From assembly GCA_963702095.1 (NCBI GenBank), contig OY969706.1:288001-352000 (forward strand): DNA of 64,000 nucleotides, given 5' to 3'. The translations under genes and the position numbers were made by a program. Shown here one piece after another: positions 29,565 through 39,718 of this stretch. The notes under the pieces are model-generated. The model did no database searches. It was given only the letters and a program-made list of their open reading frames with translations, and had not been told where the DNA came from. How positions within the stretch are numbered: the first letter of the stretch is position 1; each line of letters opens with the position of its first letter. The DNA comes from Candidatus Bathyarchaeota archaeon (GTDB lineage: Archaea; Thermoproteota; Bathyarchaeia; Bathyarchaeales; Bathycorpusculaceae).

Positions 29565-32201
29565 GTGCAAAAGAAATTTTTAGCTATCGCTACTGCGTTA
29601 TTTCTAGTAGTTATAATGACAGCAACAGCATTATTCCCCAACCTCAACGGACAACTAACTAATCCCCCTGGAACAGTGCAGACATCATACCCCTTTGTCA
29701 GAGCTGGACCTAACCCCATCGGCGTAGGCCAAACAGTCACCATCATCATGTTCGTTGGACAGCCAACCTTAACTAGCGAAAACGTGCAAGACTGGACACT
29801 TGTAATCACAAAACCTGATGGAACCAACCAAACCCTTGGTCCATTCACCTCAGATACAACTGGCGGTACATTCACTACATACGTCCCTGAAACCACAGGC
29901 AATTACACAATCCAAGGCTTTGTAGCTCAGCAAACACTCTCTAACGGCGTAATATGGTCTGCTGGCATATCCCCCCCTGATACGCTTGTAGTGCAATCGG
30001 AACCCGTAACACTCAGTAACTACCCGATAACTCCACTGCCGACAGAATGGTGGCAAACCCCAGTTACCGCTGAAAACGTTCAAAACTGGTATAAAATCAC
30101 TGGACCATGGCTTGGATACGGCATGATTGCTTTCGGTATCACTGGAGGCTACAATAACTCACAAAACATGTACAACCCCTACACTGAATCAGTAATGTCT
30201 GGGCATGTCCTCTGGACGAAGCTCTGGGCTGAAGGCGGTGTAGTTGGAGGCGACGCAGGCGGAACAGAAAGCAGCCACTTTTGGTCAACAGATCAGTACC
30301 AACCCAAATATGCACCAGTCATCATGAACGGCAAAATGTACTCAACCCTCTATGACACAGACACCACAAACTCACATGGCATTATTTGCACTGACTTATA
30401 CACAGGAACAACACTCTGGACGCTCAACTTTAGCATCTCGCTAGTTTGCGGTATGGAAACTAACTTCAAGAATCCCAACCAATACGGCACAGTCGGTCCA
30501 TACATTGTCACCATGGGTGCTATCCCCGGAGTCACAACAGGCCGAGGAACAACAGCATACAGCCTATGGGATGCATTAAACGGAAAATACCAATGCAGCA
30601 TAATTAATGCGCCCAGCATGAACGGTATGGCGCCATTCGGCGGACCTCAATGGGGCACAGATGACAACGGAAACCTAATCGCCTATTACGTTAACAATAC
30701 TAACAGCAACAAACCAACGCTAGACCTCTTTAACATGACCGTAGCTACGGGCATGGCTAGTAAATCTGGAGCCGCCGCTTTCGGATGGGGCATAACCCCC
30801 AATGGTCTTTTCAACTGGACTGATGGCGTACTATGGTCTCAGCCAGTACCCACCACTGTCGACGGAGGCACATTGAAGACACCTTTAGCGATGAACGGAA
30901 GAGCAGGCAATGAAGTAATACTTACAGGCGGATTCACTTTCGGGCAATTCTACGGTGGATTACAACAGGGCTTTAACTACGTAGCAGCAATGGACCAATA
31001 CACTGGCAGTCTAACATGGATCAAGAACTTCACTCAAAGCGATTCAGCTGTCTTTGAACCTTGGACAAGAACACAAATGCAGATTTTCGATGGTCTATGG
31101 GTACAAATAAACCAAGACAATGACGCAGTTATTGCAGTAAACGCTAATGACGGTAGTATTGCATGGCAATCAGTTCTGCCTCCGGGCATAAATGATAAGG
31201 GCTATGATGTGTTTAACCTCAGAACCTACAACGGTCTCGGCTGCCTCGTAGTCGTCGGCTTTGGAGGAGACATATGGTGCCTCAACTCAGCCAACGGAAC
31301 AACAAGGTGGCAAACCGACACTGTCAAACTCTTAGGCAACCCTGGACTTGAAACTCCATACGCTACTTGGCCTTTATGGGTCTTCCCCTGCGACTGCATA
31401 ACAAACGACGTAGGATACTTTGCTGTCGGCCACGAATACAACCCGCCGCTATTCCACGGAGCACAACTGATTGCACTCAACATGACCGATGGAAGCTTCA
31501 TCTGGTCTGAACTCGATTTTTCCGTTGAATCAACCTCAATCGCATATGGTATCATGCTGTCACGCAATGCTTACGACAACCAAATCTATGCATTCGGCAA
31601 AGGACCAAGCGCTCTGACAGTTTCAGCACCTAGCATGGGCGTCACAACCGCTACACCCTTTACAATCACTGGTACAATAATGGATGTTTCCCCAGGCACA
31701 CGCGCAATAGTTTCACCTGACCAAACGCAGGCAAAGCAGAATGAAGTCGCATTACGATTCCCCAACGGGTTACCTGCAGTTTCCGATGAGAGCCAAAGCC
31801 ACTGGATGGAATACGTCTACCAGCAGCAGCCATTCCCATTCAACACTACTGGTGTCCCAATCACCCTCAGCGTAGTCGATGCAAACGGTAACTTTAGACA
31901 AATCGGTGAAACAACAAGCGATGCAAGCGGCACATGGGCGTTCAACTGGACTCCTGACATCTCAGGTGACTTCCAAGTCGTCGCCAGCTTCCCCGGATCT
32001 AACTCGTACTATCCATCGTCTGCTACAGCGTACTTCTATGCAAGCGAAGGAGCCACTCATGCTCCAACAGCTACACCGACATCTGGCGTAGCTACAACCA
32101 CTGACCTGTTGACTTACATAACAATCGCAGCTGTCGCCATAATCATCGTAATCATCATCGTCGGCGTAGTGCTCTCATCATCGATAAGAAAACACCGCTA
32201 A
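29565..32201 (+). CDS. Large secreted, membrane-anchored protein with PQQ-like beta-propeller and Ig-like domains
   Basis: Signal peptide, PNPIGVGQ, repeated D..TG...W blades, DNQIYAFGKGPS, Thr-rich linker, C-terminal TM plus RKHR. Confidence 0.85.
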   Translation: MQKKFLAIATALFLVVIMTATALFPNLNGQLTNPPGTVQTSYPFVRAGPNPIGVGQTVTIIMFVGQPTLTSENVQDWTLVITKPDGTNQTLGPFTSDTTGGTFTTYVPETTGNYTIQGFVAQQTLSNGVIWSAGISPPDTLVVQSEPVTLSNYPITPLPTEWWQTPVTAENVQNWYKITGPWLGYGMIAFGITGGYNNSQNMYNPYTESVMSGHVLWTKLWAEGGVVGGDAGGTESSHFWSTDQYQPKYAPVIMNGKMYSTLYDTDTTNSHGIICTDLYTGTTLWTLNFSISLVCGMETNFKNPNQYGTVGPYIVTMGAIPGVTTGRGTTAYSLWDALNGKYQCSIINAPSMNGMAPFGGPQWGTDDNGNLIAYYVNNTNSNKPTLDLFNMTVATGMASKSGAAAFGWGITPNGLFNWTDGVLWSQPVPTTVDGGTLKTPLAMNGRAGNEVILTGGFTFGQFYGGLQQGFNYVAAMDQYTGSLTWIKNFTQSDSAVFEPWTRTQMQIFDGLWVQINQDNDAVIAVNANDGSIAWQSVLPPGINDKGYDVFNLRTYNGLGCLVVVGFGGDIWCLNSANGTTRWQTDTVKLLGNPGLETPYATWPLWVFPCDCITNDVGYFAVGHEYNPPLFHGAQLIALNMTDGSFIWSELDFSVESTSIAYGIMLSRNAYDNQIYAFGKGPSALTVSAPSMGVTTATPFTITGTIMDVSPGTRAIVSPDQTQAKQNEVALRFPNGLPAVSDESQSHWMEYVYQQQPFPFNTTGVPITLSVVDANGNFRQIGETTSDASGTWAFNWTPDISGDFQVVASFPGSNSYYPSSATAYFYASEGATHAPTATPTSGVATTTDLLTYITIAAVAIIIVIIIVGVVLSSSIRKHR

Positions 32202-32222
32202 ACTAAACCGCTTAAATTCCCA

Positions 32223-32240
32223 TCTTTCCTTTTTTTTGTT
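32223..32240 (+). terminator. Oligo(T) terminator after the large secreted protein
   Basis: tctttcctttttttttgtt-type T run about 20 bp after the stop. Confidence 0.45.
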
Positions 32241-32324
32241 CAACAAAAAAGAACCGTTTTACGAGAAAAGAGAAAAAAATTAAGGATGGCTTGAAAGATA
32301 TAGAAGAAAACATTCTTGCATAGG

Positions 32325-33298
32325 CTAAAGTACATGTTTTTCAAGCCAATCTAAGATAGTCTTTAGTGCTTCCGGGTCAAGTTTTCTGCTTGGACTGTTA
32401 TAGTTGAGCACGGCATTAGCTCCAAGCTTCTCTTTAGGTGTATCCTCAAATTTCAAGACGTGATCAGCGTTGCCGGGATAAACAAAGGAAACCTCGCTTT
32501 TTCCCTTAGCAGCAGCCTCGAGGGCTTTGCCGTCAGCTTGCCAATCAACCTGGACGTTTTTTTGCCTATTAACACAAGAATGGGCTCTTCCACTTTTGAG
32601 ATATACTCTGCAGGGTTGTAACTCCATAGTTCCCTTGCGAACGGCAAGTTAATTGGGGCGTTCAGCGAAAGTAGTAGCTGCATTATGCCCTCGGGGAGAC
32701 TGGGATCTGGAGTTATGGGGTTACTTTTTGAGAAAGAAGAAATTGCAGCGTCGTATTTCCCCAAGATTGCTTCCTTGTTAGGTAACGCTGCAAGTTGATT
32801 GACTATTTGGTTGCGGGCTACTTCACCGATAGATCGTCCTGGGGCACCTGTCAAGACCAACCCCTTGAATTTTACGGTGGCTTGCAACTGGTAATTTAGA
32901 GCGTGGATGGCGCCTTCGCTGTTTGTGAGGACAAAAAGGTTGTCTTTGTCCATGTTTTCCCCTTCAACTAATGCTTTAACAGCACCCGATAATTCGTCGA
33001 GATGGCTCTGCATGCTTATTTTACCCATCATTTTTGGGACGTTTTCTTGCACATGGGGACCAGAGGCAAGTTTGTCATAGCGAAGAGTAAGGTAGCCTTC
33101 ATTTGCCAGTGCTTCTGCGAGCAATTTGCCGCTGCAGTTTTCTCCTGGCAAAAGTGGGGAGCACCAGTTCCGGTCTGTTCGGCCGCTGCCTGCCACAAAG
33201 ACAACCGCTGCGTGTGGCTTCCAGTTTTTGGGGCGCGTTACTGTGCCGTGTATGGGGATATTGTTTATGTTCCACTCGATTTCTTGATAATCGGTCAT
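32325..33298 (-). CDS. Alpha/beta hydrolase, split by one frameshift near 32558
   Basis: VAGSGRTDRNW, LRYDK, nucleophile elbow NSEG, PILVLIGKK/[D]VQV, ADHVLK. Confidence 0.8.
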
Positions 33299-33400
33299 CG
33301 GAGTCACAGATTAAGGAATCTTGCCCGAGAATTTAAGTCTAAGCTGAGGTAGCGAAGTCTATTGTGATTTGATCCGTAGTTAAATTTGGAATTTTGTTTT

Positions 33401-33530
33401 TCTGCTTGTGGTTTACGCCTCAACCAGCCTGCAATATGTGGAAAAGGCTGAACACAAACAGCAAACCCCACGACCCACAAGAAGATGTTGAGTAAGGGCG
33501 GCACTCTCTTCTTCTTAAACTAGAAAAACG
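33401..33530 (+). repeat. Dispersed intergenic element family A, copy 3
   Basis: tctgcttgtggtttacgcctcaaccagcctgcaa ... cccacaagaagatgttgagtaagggcggcactctcttcttcttaaactagaaaaac. Confidence 0.9.
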
Positions 33531-33675
33531 GAAAAAAACAAGTAATTCCAAGCCTCTTGCGATCAGAAGTCTACACACCAACCGTGCAAAAACAGCAACA
33601 TAAGTATAAGCTTTTATACGTTTGTTGATGAATGTTAAAAAAGAACATGTATGCTTCCGTGAGGATAAAGACTAA

Positions 33676-36600
33676 ATGCCGTATATCAAAAAAATCGAGT
33701 TAAAGGGCTTTAAGTCTTTCGGACCCCAAACAGTCAAGGTTAACCTAGACAAGGGGTTCACAGCCATCACTGGCCCCAACGGAAGCGGCAAAACCAACAT
33801 CATGGACGCCCTGCTTTTCTCGCTTGGCGAACTTAGCACGAAACGGCTCCGCGCTGAGAACTCGGCAAAACTGATTTTCCACGGTTCAGAGAGAGGCGGC
33901 TTAGAAAAAGCGAAGATGGCTAAAGTGGTGGTTCAATTCGACAACACCGACGGCTTAATGCCAGTGGACACCACTACCGTGACTATTTCTAGGGAAGTCT
34001 ACCGTAACGGTCAGAGTGTTTACCGCCTTAACGGACGCAGAATGAGCCGCACCCACATCACCGAAACCCTCTCCATGGCTGCCATATCCAGCATGAGCCA
34101 AAACATCATCCCGCAGGGCACCATCACCAGACTAACCGATTTAACTGCGATGGAACGCAGAAGAATCATTGAAGACCTCATAGGCATCGCCCAGTACGAC
34201 TCAGAGAAAACCGAGGCAGAGGAAAAACTCCGGGCAGCCGACATCTCAATTCGCACAGCAATGGGCAGAATCGACGAAGTCCAAAAACGCCTCGATGATA
34301 TAGAACGCGAACGCAACCAACTTCAACGTTACAATTTTATACAAACTGAAACCCGCAAGTTCCAAGCCATCAAAATCTCAAGCGACGTGGCAGCGCAAAA
34401 CGTCAAAATCGCCGAAAGCACCGGTCAAGCCCAAAAAGTGCAGGAACGCGTCGAAAAACTCAAGGAACAACGTGACCTACGCCGCAACAGACGCCACGAA
34501 ATTGAGGGTGACTGGCGTAAACTCAGCGGCGAAGGCTTAGAACAGGGCGGCAGCGAAGTGCTGAAGGTCCAAATAAAAATCGGTGAACTCAAATCCCAAC
34601 TAACCGAGTTAAACACCAAGATCAATTCGGGGCAAGCCAGCCTCGACAGCCTAAAACGGGTAAGCGAAAACAACGTTGCCCAACATGAGACTCTTCAGCA
34701 GGAAATCCGTGACAACCGCCTAAAAATCCGCCGGTTCCGCAGTGAACTCGAAAAAGTTCAGGCAGAGTTGGCTGAGAAGCAGGTGCAGCATGAAGCTTTA
34801 GCAAAGGAAACCGCCTTGCTTTGGGAGGGCTTAGACGGCAACAACCAGCAAATACGCCAGTTTGCTGGGCAAACCGAAGGTTACGTGCGGAGACTGGCGT
34901 TTTTGCGTTCAGAATACAAGCAGGACAAAGCTGCACTGCGGCTCTGTGTGGGTAGAATCAAAAACCTCACCGTCCGCAAAGAAAAATTCGTAACAAGCCA
35001 CACAGAAATCGAGAAGTCGCTTGTTGAACTCGAGCAGGTGCAACGTGACCAGAAAGCCCAGCTAAAAAACCTCGAGCACATCATAGAAAAAAAGAAACTG
35101 CAGAAAGAAACTGTTGAAAAAGAGATTGCTGAAGCAGAGAAGATTGCGATTTCAGCCAAAGAAGCCGTCGTCGAATTCGCCACGCAGCGAGACCTTGCAG
35201 CAACCATAGCGGCAGAGGAAAAGGCGCTCCGTAGCATTGAGGAAATGGGCAATGTAGGCGCCATCAACGGTATCCATGGTAGACTCCGCAATCTCATCAA
35301 AATTGACAGGAGCTACAAGAAAGCCATCGAAGCCGCCGCCACAGGCTGGCTCGACGCCCTCGTAGTCAAAGACATCGATGTTGCTTTCACCTGTGCGGAG
35401 ACACTTCGGCGCATGAAGCTGGGCAGAATCAAAATCATCCCTCTCCAGGGCGCCATTAACTCCAAGAATAAGCCTGTGCCCAAACGGGAAGGCGCCTTGG
35501 GTTCCCTCTTGGGCTTCATGAAGTACGAGGGCAGCTTCGATTTAGCTGTTAACTATGTTTTTGGCGACACCATCGTAGCCGCCAACGACAAAGTCGCCTT
35601 CGGATTGTCCAACGAGGGGTATCGCGCAGTCACAGTTAACGGCGACCTCTATGAACCCGGCGCATTCGAAAGCGGCTACTACCGCGCCCCAATCGACTTC
35701 TCCACAATCATCCCAAGCGAGAACGCGCTCAAAAGCCTCGACGAAGCCGTTAAAGCCCTACAAACCCACCTAACCCAGCGGGGCAGCGACATCGCAACAA
35801 TTGAGGAAGACCTTGGCCACGCCCGAATCGAGATGACCCGCCTGACCGAGGGCATCGCCACTTTGGAGAGGGAACTCATCAGGGTTCGCCGGGGTGTTAA
35901 ACGTGCACAGTTTAACATTCACCACATTGACAAGTACGGCGGCAAACTGGAGCGTGAAGCAGCTGTATTTCGCGGGCGCATGACGGTTTACCGTAATGAA
36001 CGCAACAACATCCAGGTTAACCTCAAAAAAATCCATACCCAAATCGCTGAGCTCAGATTGAAAACCGACATGGCTCATATTCAGGAGCTTGAAGTGCAGC
36101 GGGAAAAATTCGGTGAAGAAGCCAACACACTGCGTCAACGCATCGGTTCCCTTCAAACAGAAATCAACACTAACCAATCCCAATTCGACCACGTACTACG
36201 GGGCGGCTACAAGAACACCAAGATTCAGGTGACTAAAATTGTGCAGCAACAGGAAAAGCTGCAGAAAGAAGTCGCTGACGCCGTGGCTGAACGGGATGCC
36301 GTCAAAAAGGAAGCGGATGAACTCGAGAAGCGTCGAGTAGAGCTTTCTAATGCTGTGCTGTCGGCTCGCGAGGAATCCAAGAAATTCACTTCACAAATAG
36401 ACTCCATAGACGCGGAACTACGTACCTTAGACGTTGAGTATGAGCAGGCGGATAAGCTGAGGAACCAGTTGCATGTGAGCATGGAAACCGCGCAGCTACG
36501 GCTCCAGCAGCTTCAAGCTCAACTCAAACAGTACGGCTACGAGCAACCGCTTGAGGTAACCGGGCGGCAGGTGCAAAACGCTGAAACAACCGTTCGCATG

Positions 36601-37230
36601 ATGCAGTTTGAAATGGACCGTATCGGAGCCATCAACCAACTTGCCGCACAGCACTACGCCGACCAAATCAGCCGTTACCGCGAGCTTTCGGTGCGCCTAA
36701 ACGAGTTGGAACGGGAAAAACAAGCCATAGTCGCGTTTATGGATGAAATCGAAGCCAAAAAACGCAGGGTCTTCATGAATGCGTTTGACAAGATTAACGC
36801 TAGCTTAACCGTGTACTTTGAAAAGTTGACTGGCGGCGGCAGTGCTACTCTCAAACTGGAGAGCCCCGACGAACCCTTCTCCGGCGGCATAGACATGATT
36901 GTTCAGTTCCCCAACAAACCCAGCATCGTTGTCAGCGGAGCCAGCGGCGGCGAACGCTCCATATCTGCGGTGGCGTTTATTTTTTCGCTTAAAGAGTTCT
37001 CGCCTGTCTCATTCTTCATTCTCGACGAAGTTGACGCCCACTTAGACGCTTTCCATACCACCAAACTTGCCGAAACGCTGCTTGAGGAAGCAGGTAAAAC
37101 CCAGTTCATAGTCATAAGCTTACGTCCCGAGATGGTTAACAAAGCCCAGAAAGTCTTTGGTGTCTATGAACGCAACGGCATCTCTAACGTTGTGACAGCT
37201 AAATTCCCAGCGGAGGCGCCTGCTGCATAA
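33676..37230 (+). CDS. smc: Chromosome segregation ATPase Smc
   Basis: GFKSF, GPNGSGKTN, hinge G.HG.L..LI and VTVNGD, SGGE signature, ILDEVDAHLD, long coiled coils. Confidence 0.97.
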   Translation: MPYIKKIELKGFKSFGPQTVKVNLDKGFTAITGPNGSGKTNIMDALLFSLGELSTKRLRAENSAKLIFHGSERGGLEKAKMAKVVVQFDNTDGLMPVDTTTVTISREVYRNGQSVYRLNGRRMSRTHITETLSMAAISSMSQNIIPQGTITRLTDLTAMERRRIIEDLIGIAQYDSEKTEAEEKLRAADISIRTAMGRIDEVQKRLDDIERERNQLQRYNFIQTETRKFQAIKISSDVAAQNVKIAESTGQAQKVQERVEKLKEQRDLRRNRRHEIEGDWRKLSGEGLEQGGSEVLKVQIKIGELKSQLTELNTKINSGQASLDSLKRVSENNVAQHETLQQEIRDNRLKIRRFRSELEKVQAELAEKQVQHEALAKETALLWEGLDGNNQQIRQFAGQTEGYVRRLAFLRSEYKQDKAALRLCVGRIKNLTVRKEKFVTSHTEIEKSLVELEQVQRDQKAQLKNLEHIIEKKKLQKETVEKEIAEAEKIAISAKEAVVEFATQRDLAATIAAEEKALRSIEEMGNVGAINGIHGRLRNLIKIDRSYKKAIEAAATGWLDALVVKDIDVAFTCAETLRRMKLGRIKIIPLQGAINSKNKPVPKREGALGSLLGFMKYEGSFDLAVNYVFGDTIVAANDKVAFGLSNEGYRAVTVNGDLYEPGAFESGYYRAPIDFSTIIPSENALKSLDEAVKALQTHLTQRGSDIATIEEDLGHARIEMTRLTEGIATLERELIRVRRGVKRAQFNIHHIDKYGGKLEREAAVFRGRMTVYRNERNNIQVNLKKIHTQIAELRLKTDMAHIQELEVQREKFGEEANTLRQRIGSLQTEINTNQSQFDHVLRGGYKNTKIQVTKIVQQQEKLQKEVADAVAERDAVKKEADELEKRRVELSNAVLSAREESKKFTSQIDSIDAELRTLDVEYEQADKLRNQLHVSMETAQLRLQQLQAQLKQYGYEQPLEVTGRQVQNAETTVRMMQFEMDRIGAINQLAAQHYADQISRYRELSVRLNELEREKQAIVAFMDEIEAKKRRVFMNAFDKINASLTVYFEKLTGGGSATLKLESPDEPFSGGIDMIVQFPNKPSIVVSGASGGERSISAVAFIFSLKEFSPVSFFILDEVDAHLDAFHTTKLAETLLEEAGKTQFIVISLRPEMVNKAQKVFGVYERNGISNVVTAKFPAEAPAA

Positions 37231-37955
37231 TGGCGGCGAACACCCAGACCTCCATGATGCGCCGACCCTTCTATCTGCGGCCACCCTGGAACATCCTCTT
37301 CGAAATCAGCAAACTTGAAAAACTAACCCCCTGGAACGTTAACATAGCGTATTTGCTGCGCTCTTTCTTGTCTGAGATGGAGAAGAGTGGACCTGAAAAA
37401 GTGGATTTCCGAGCCTCAGGCGTCGCCTTAGACTCTTCGGCGCTGATTTACCTCATGAAATCCAAACTGCTCTTGACACTGCAGGAGCCGCCATCTGCGC
37501 CGCTTAAGGTGCCGACGGATTTTGTGCCGCCGCCCTTGTTCCTGCCGCTTCGCCACGAATTAACTTCAACAACCATTCAGCATCTCCTCGAAGTCCTCGA
37601 CGACGTACTCAAAGGCGAAAAACTCCTAAGTCTCCACCCTGTGGTCGAACAGCACCCGGTTCTTCCAGCGGTCACTGATCTCTTGCCTAAATTTGACAGG
37701 TTCATCGCTGAATTGGAGATGCAGGTTGACCAACTCTACGCAACCCTAGTTGAGAAAACTGGTGGACAAGGAATCATTGACTTCACCACCTTATCCAAAG
37801 GCGCAACTCGCATCGAAGCGCTAAGAATGTTTATCTATTTACTTTTCCTTGCCCAGGACGGATTAGTTAGCCTGTGGCAGAACGAGGAAACCGAAGAACT
37901 CTACATAGCAGTGGGGAACCTAAAAGTTGGAAAAGCCGAACGACCAACCAGTTAA
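37230..37955 (+). CDS. scpA: Kleisin ScpA
   Basis: PWNVNI, DFRASG, C-terminal FIYLLFLAQDGLVSLWQ; overlaps the smc stop. Confidence 0.88.
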   Translation: MAANTQTSMMRRPFYLRPPWNILFEISKLEKLTPWNVNIAYLLRSFLSEMEKSGPEKVDFRASGVALDSSALIYLMKSKLLLTLQEPPSAPLKVPTDFVPPPLFLPLRHELTSTTIQHLLEVLDDVLKGEKLLSLHPVVEQHPVLPAVTDLLPKFDRFIAELEMQVDQLYATLVEKTGGQGIIDFTTLSKGATRIEALRMFIYLLFLAQDGLVSLWQNEETEELYIAVGNLKVGKAERPTS

Positions 37956-37999
37956 AAAAAGTGCGGTAACACCTCAGGCACCTAAGGCCGCTCGAACAG

Positions 38000-38680
38000 G
38001 TGACGGCCGCGCAGACTATGCTCCCCGAAGCCACAGAGTCTGCCGTGGAAACTACCGATCGCAAACTGCACAGCCTAAACCTCCTCGAAGCAGCCCTCTA
38101 CGTCGCAGGACGCCCACTTGATATAAACGAACTGTGCCAGGCAGTGGGCAGCCGGAGCAAAAAACGTGTCATCGGCTACGCGCAGACCCTTATGGAGCAG
38201 TACAAAGCCCGTAACAGCCCCATGGAGATACTAGCGCTCAAAGACGAACGCTACGTCTTGCAGGTCAAAGCAGAATTCACGCCGCTCATCAAGAAACTTG
38301 TCAACCGTCCCCTGCTCTCATCAGGACCCCTCAAAACATTATCCTACATTGCCTACCGCCAACCCATCACACAGAAACGCGTCATCGACGTCCGAGGGCA
38401 ACACGCCTATGGACACGTAAAATTGCTAAAGGACATGGGTTTGATCATGTCTGAGCGGAGTGGGCGGTCGTTGGCTTTGAAGACCACCGATTACTTTGCC
38501 GATTACTTTGGGTTAACTCAGGATATGACTGTGCTCAAGAAGGATCTGCGCAGGATTTTCGGCGACGCCATCAAAGAGGATGCGGTTGAGAGAGCGCAGA
38601 GGGAAGCTGAGGAAGAGCAGCAGGCAATGCAGGGCCCGCAGGAGCCTCAGGAAAACCAAGAAGAAACCAAGCAAGCCTAG
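38000..38680 (+). CDS. scpB: SMC-Scp complex subunit ScpB
   Basis: LEAALYVAGRPL, LKTLSYIAYRQPITQ, TTDYFADYFGL. Confidence 0.93.
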   Translation: MTAAQTMLPEATESAVETTDRKLHSLNLLEAALYVAGRPLDINELCQAVGSRSKKRVIGYAQTLMEQYKARNSPMEILALKDERYVLQVKAEFTPLIKKLVNRPLLSSGPLKTLSYIAYRQPITQKRVIDVRGQHAYGHVKLLKDMGLIMSERSGRSLALKTTDYFADYFGLTQDMTVLKKDLRRIFGDAIKEDAVERAQREAEEEQQAMQGPQEPQENQEETKQA

Positions 38681-38731
38681 ACGCTGCTTTCAGTGAGGGT
38701 ACATGTTTCCACACTTATATGCTGTCCGCTT

Positions 38732-38880
38732 CAACATAGAGCCATGCAGAGCATGTGGAAGAAAAACGTTTATCCCACATCGAAAAAGACGCAAAGAAAC
38801 AACCCAAACACAAAACACAACCGCATCCACACGCCGTCTTGTGACAGACTATAAATCGTCACACCCAAATAAAGAAAAAA
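38732..38880 (+). repeat. Dispersed intergenic element family B, copy 2
   Basis: caacatagagccatgcagagcatgtggaagaaaaacg ... agacgcaaa ... gtcttgtg ... cacac ... ataaagaaaaaa; matches the reverse complement of 14698-14847. Confidence 0.85.
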
Positions 38881-38904
38881 GAAGACTTTTGTGTAAAAAA
38901 AGAG

Positions 38905-39714
38905 TTAATGCGAAAACAGCTTCGCATAGGGTCTGCTTGACAGCGGCAGGATCTTTTTGAATTTGTGGTTGAGGATGGCTTTTGGGTCGCCGCCAAAGTA
39001 GCTACAGTACTCATTAACCAAGTGTGTGATGACTGCCATGTCCCGTTTGCCCACGTCCTCGGTTTTTGTGCCTTCGACTGGGCAGAGGAATTCGCCACGT
39101 TCATAGATGACGCCGCCATGCATGCCTGTGCCGACGAAGCGTGCAATGCATTTTTCGCCTTCTTTTAGGTTTAAGCCCAAAATGCAGATGACTCCGCCAG
39201 CCATGTACTCAGCGAGGAAGTCGCCTGCGGTTTCGCCGATGACTATGGTTGGCACCTTCTTTTGGTACTGTTTCATGTGGATGCCGCCTCGGTAGCCAAC
39301 GTAGTCTTTGACGAAGATTTTGCCGCCTCTAATGCTGTGGCCGGTGACGTCGCCTGCGTGTCCATGGATGATGATAGCGCCTTCGTTCATGGTATTGCCG
39401 CAGCCGTCTTGTGCGTTGCCGTGGACGGTTACTTGGGGTCCATTCATGAATGCGCCTAAGTCGTTGCCGGGTGTGCCATAGAGGTCAATGGGTACTGTGG
39501 TGTTTAAGTCGGTGCCTATGTAGCGTTGTCCACAGACGTTATGGACTTCGATGCGTTCTATGCCTTCACGTTGTATGACTGCGCGGAGGATAGCGTTTAG
39601 GTCTCGGTAGTACATGTCGCAGGCGTCAACTTTGACGGTTTTGCCTTCGACTGTGACACGTTTCTCGTATTTGGGGTCGATTGTTTTGGGGTTAATTCTT
39701 TCTGGTACCTGCAT
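38905..39714 (-). CDS. Glutamate synthase GXGXG beta-helix subunit (GltB3)
   Basis: GQRYIG, GTPGNDLGAFM.G, AEYMAGG, GTGMHGG. Confidence 0.9.
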   Translation of the reverse strand: MQVPERINPKTIDPKYEKRVTVEGKTVKVDACDMYYRDLNAILRAVIQREGIERIEVHNVCGQRYIGTDLNTTVPIDLYGTPGNDLGAFMNGPQVTVHGNAQDGCGNTMNEGAIIIHGHAGDVTGHSIRGGKIFVKDYVGYRGGIHMKQYQKKVPTIVIGETAGDFLAEYMAGGVICILGLNLKEGEKCIARFVGTGMHGGVIYERGEFLCPVEGTKTEDVGKRDMAVITHLVNEYCSYFGGDPKAILNHKFKKILPLSSRPYAKLFSH

Positions 39715-39718
39715 ACTT

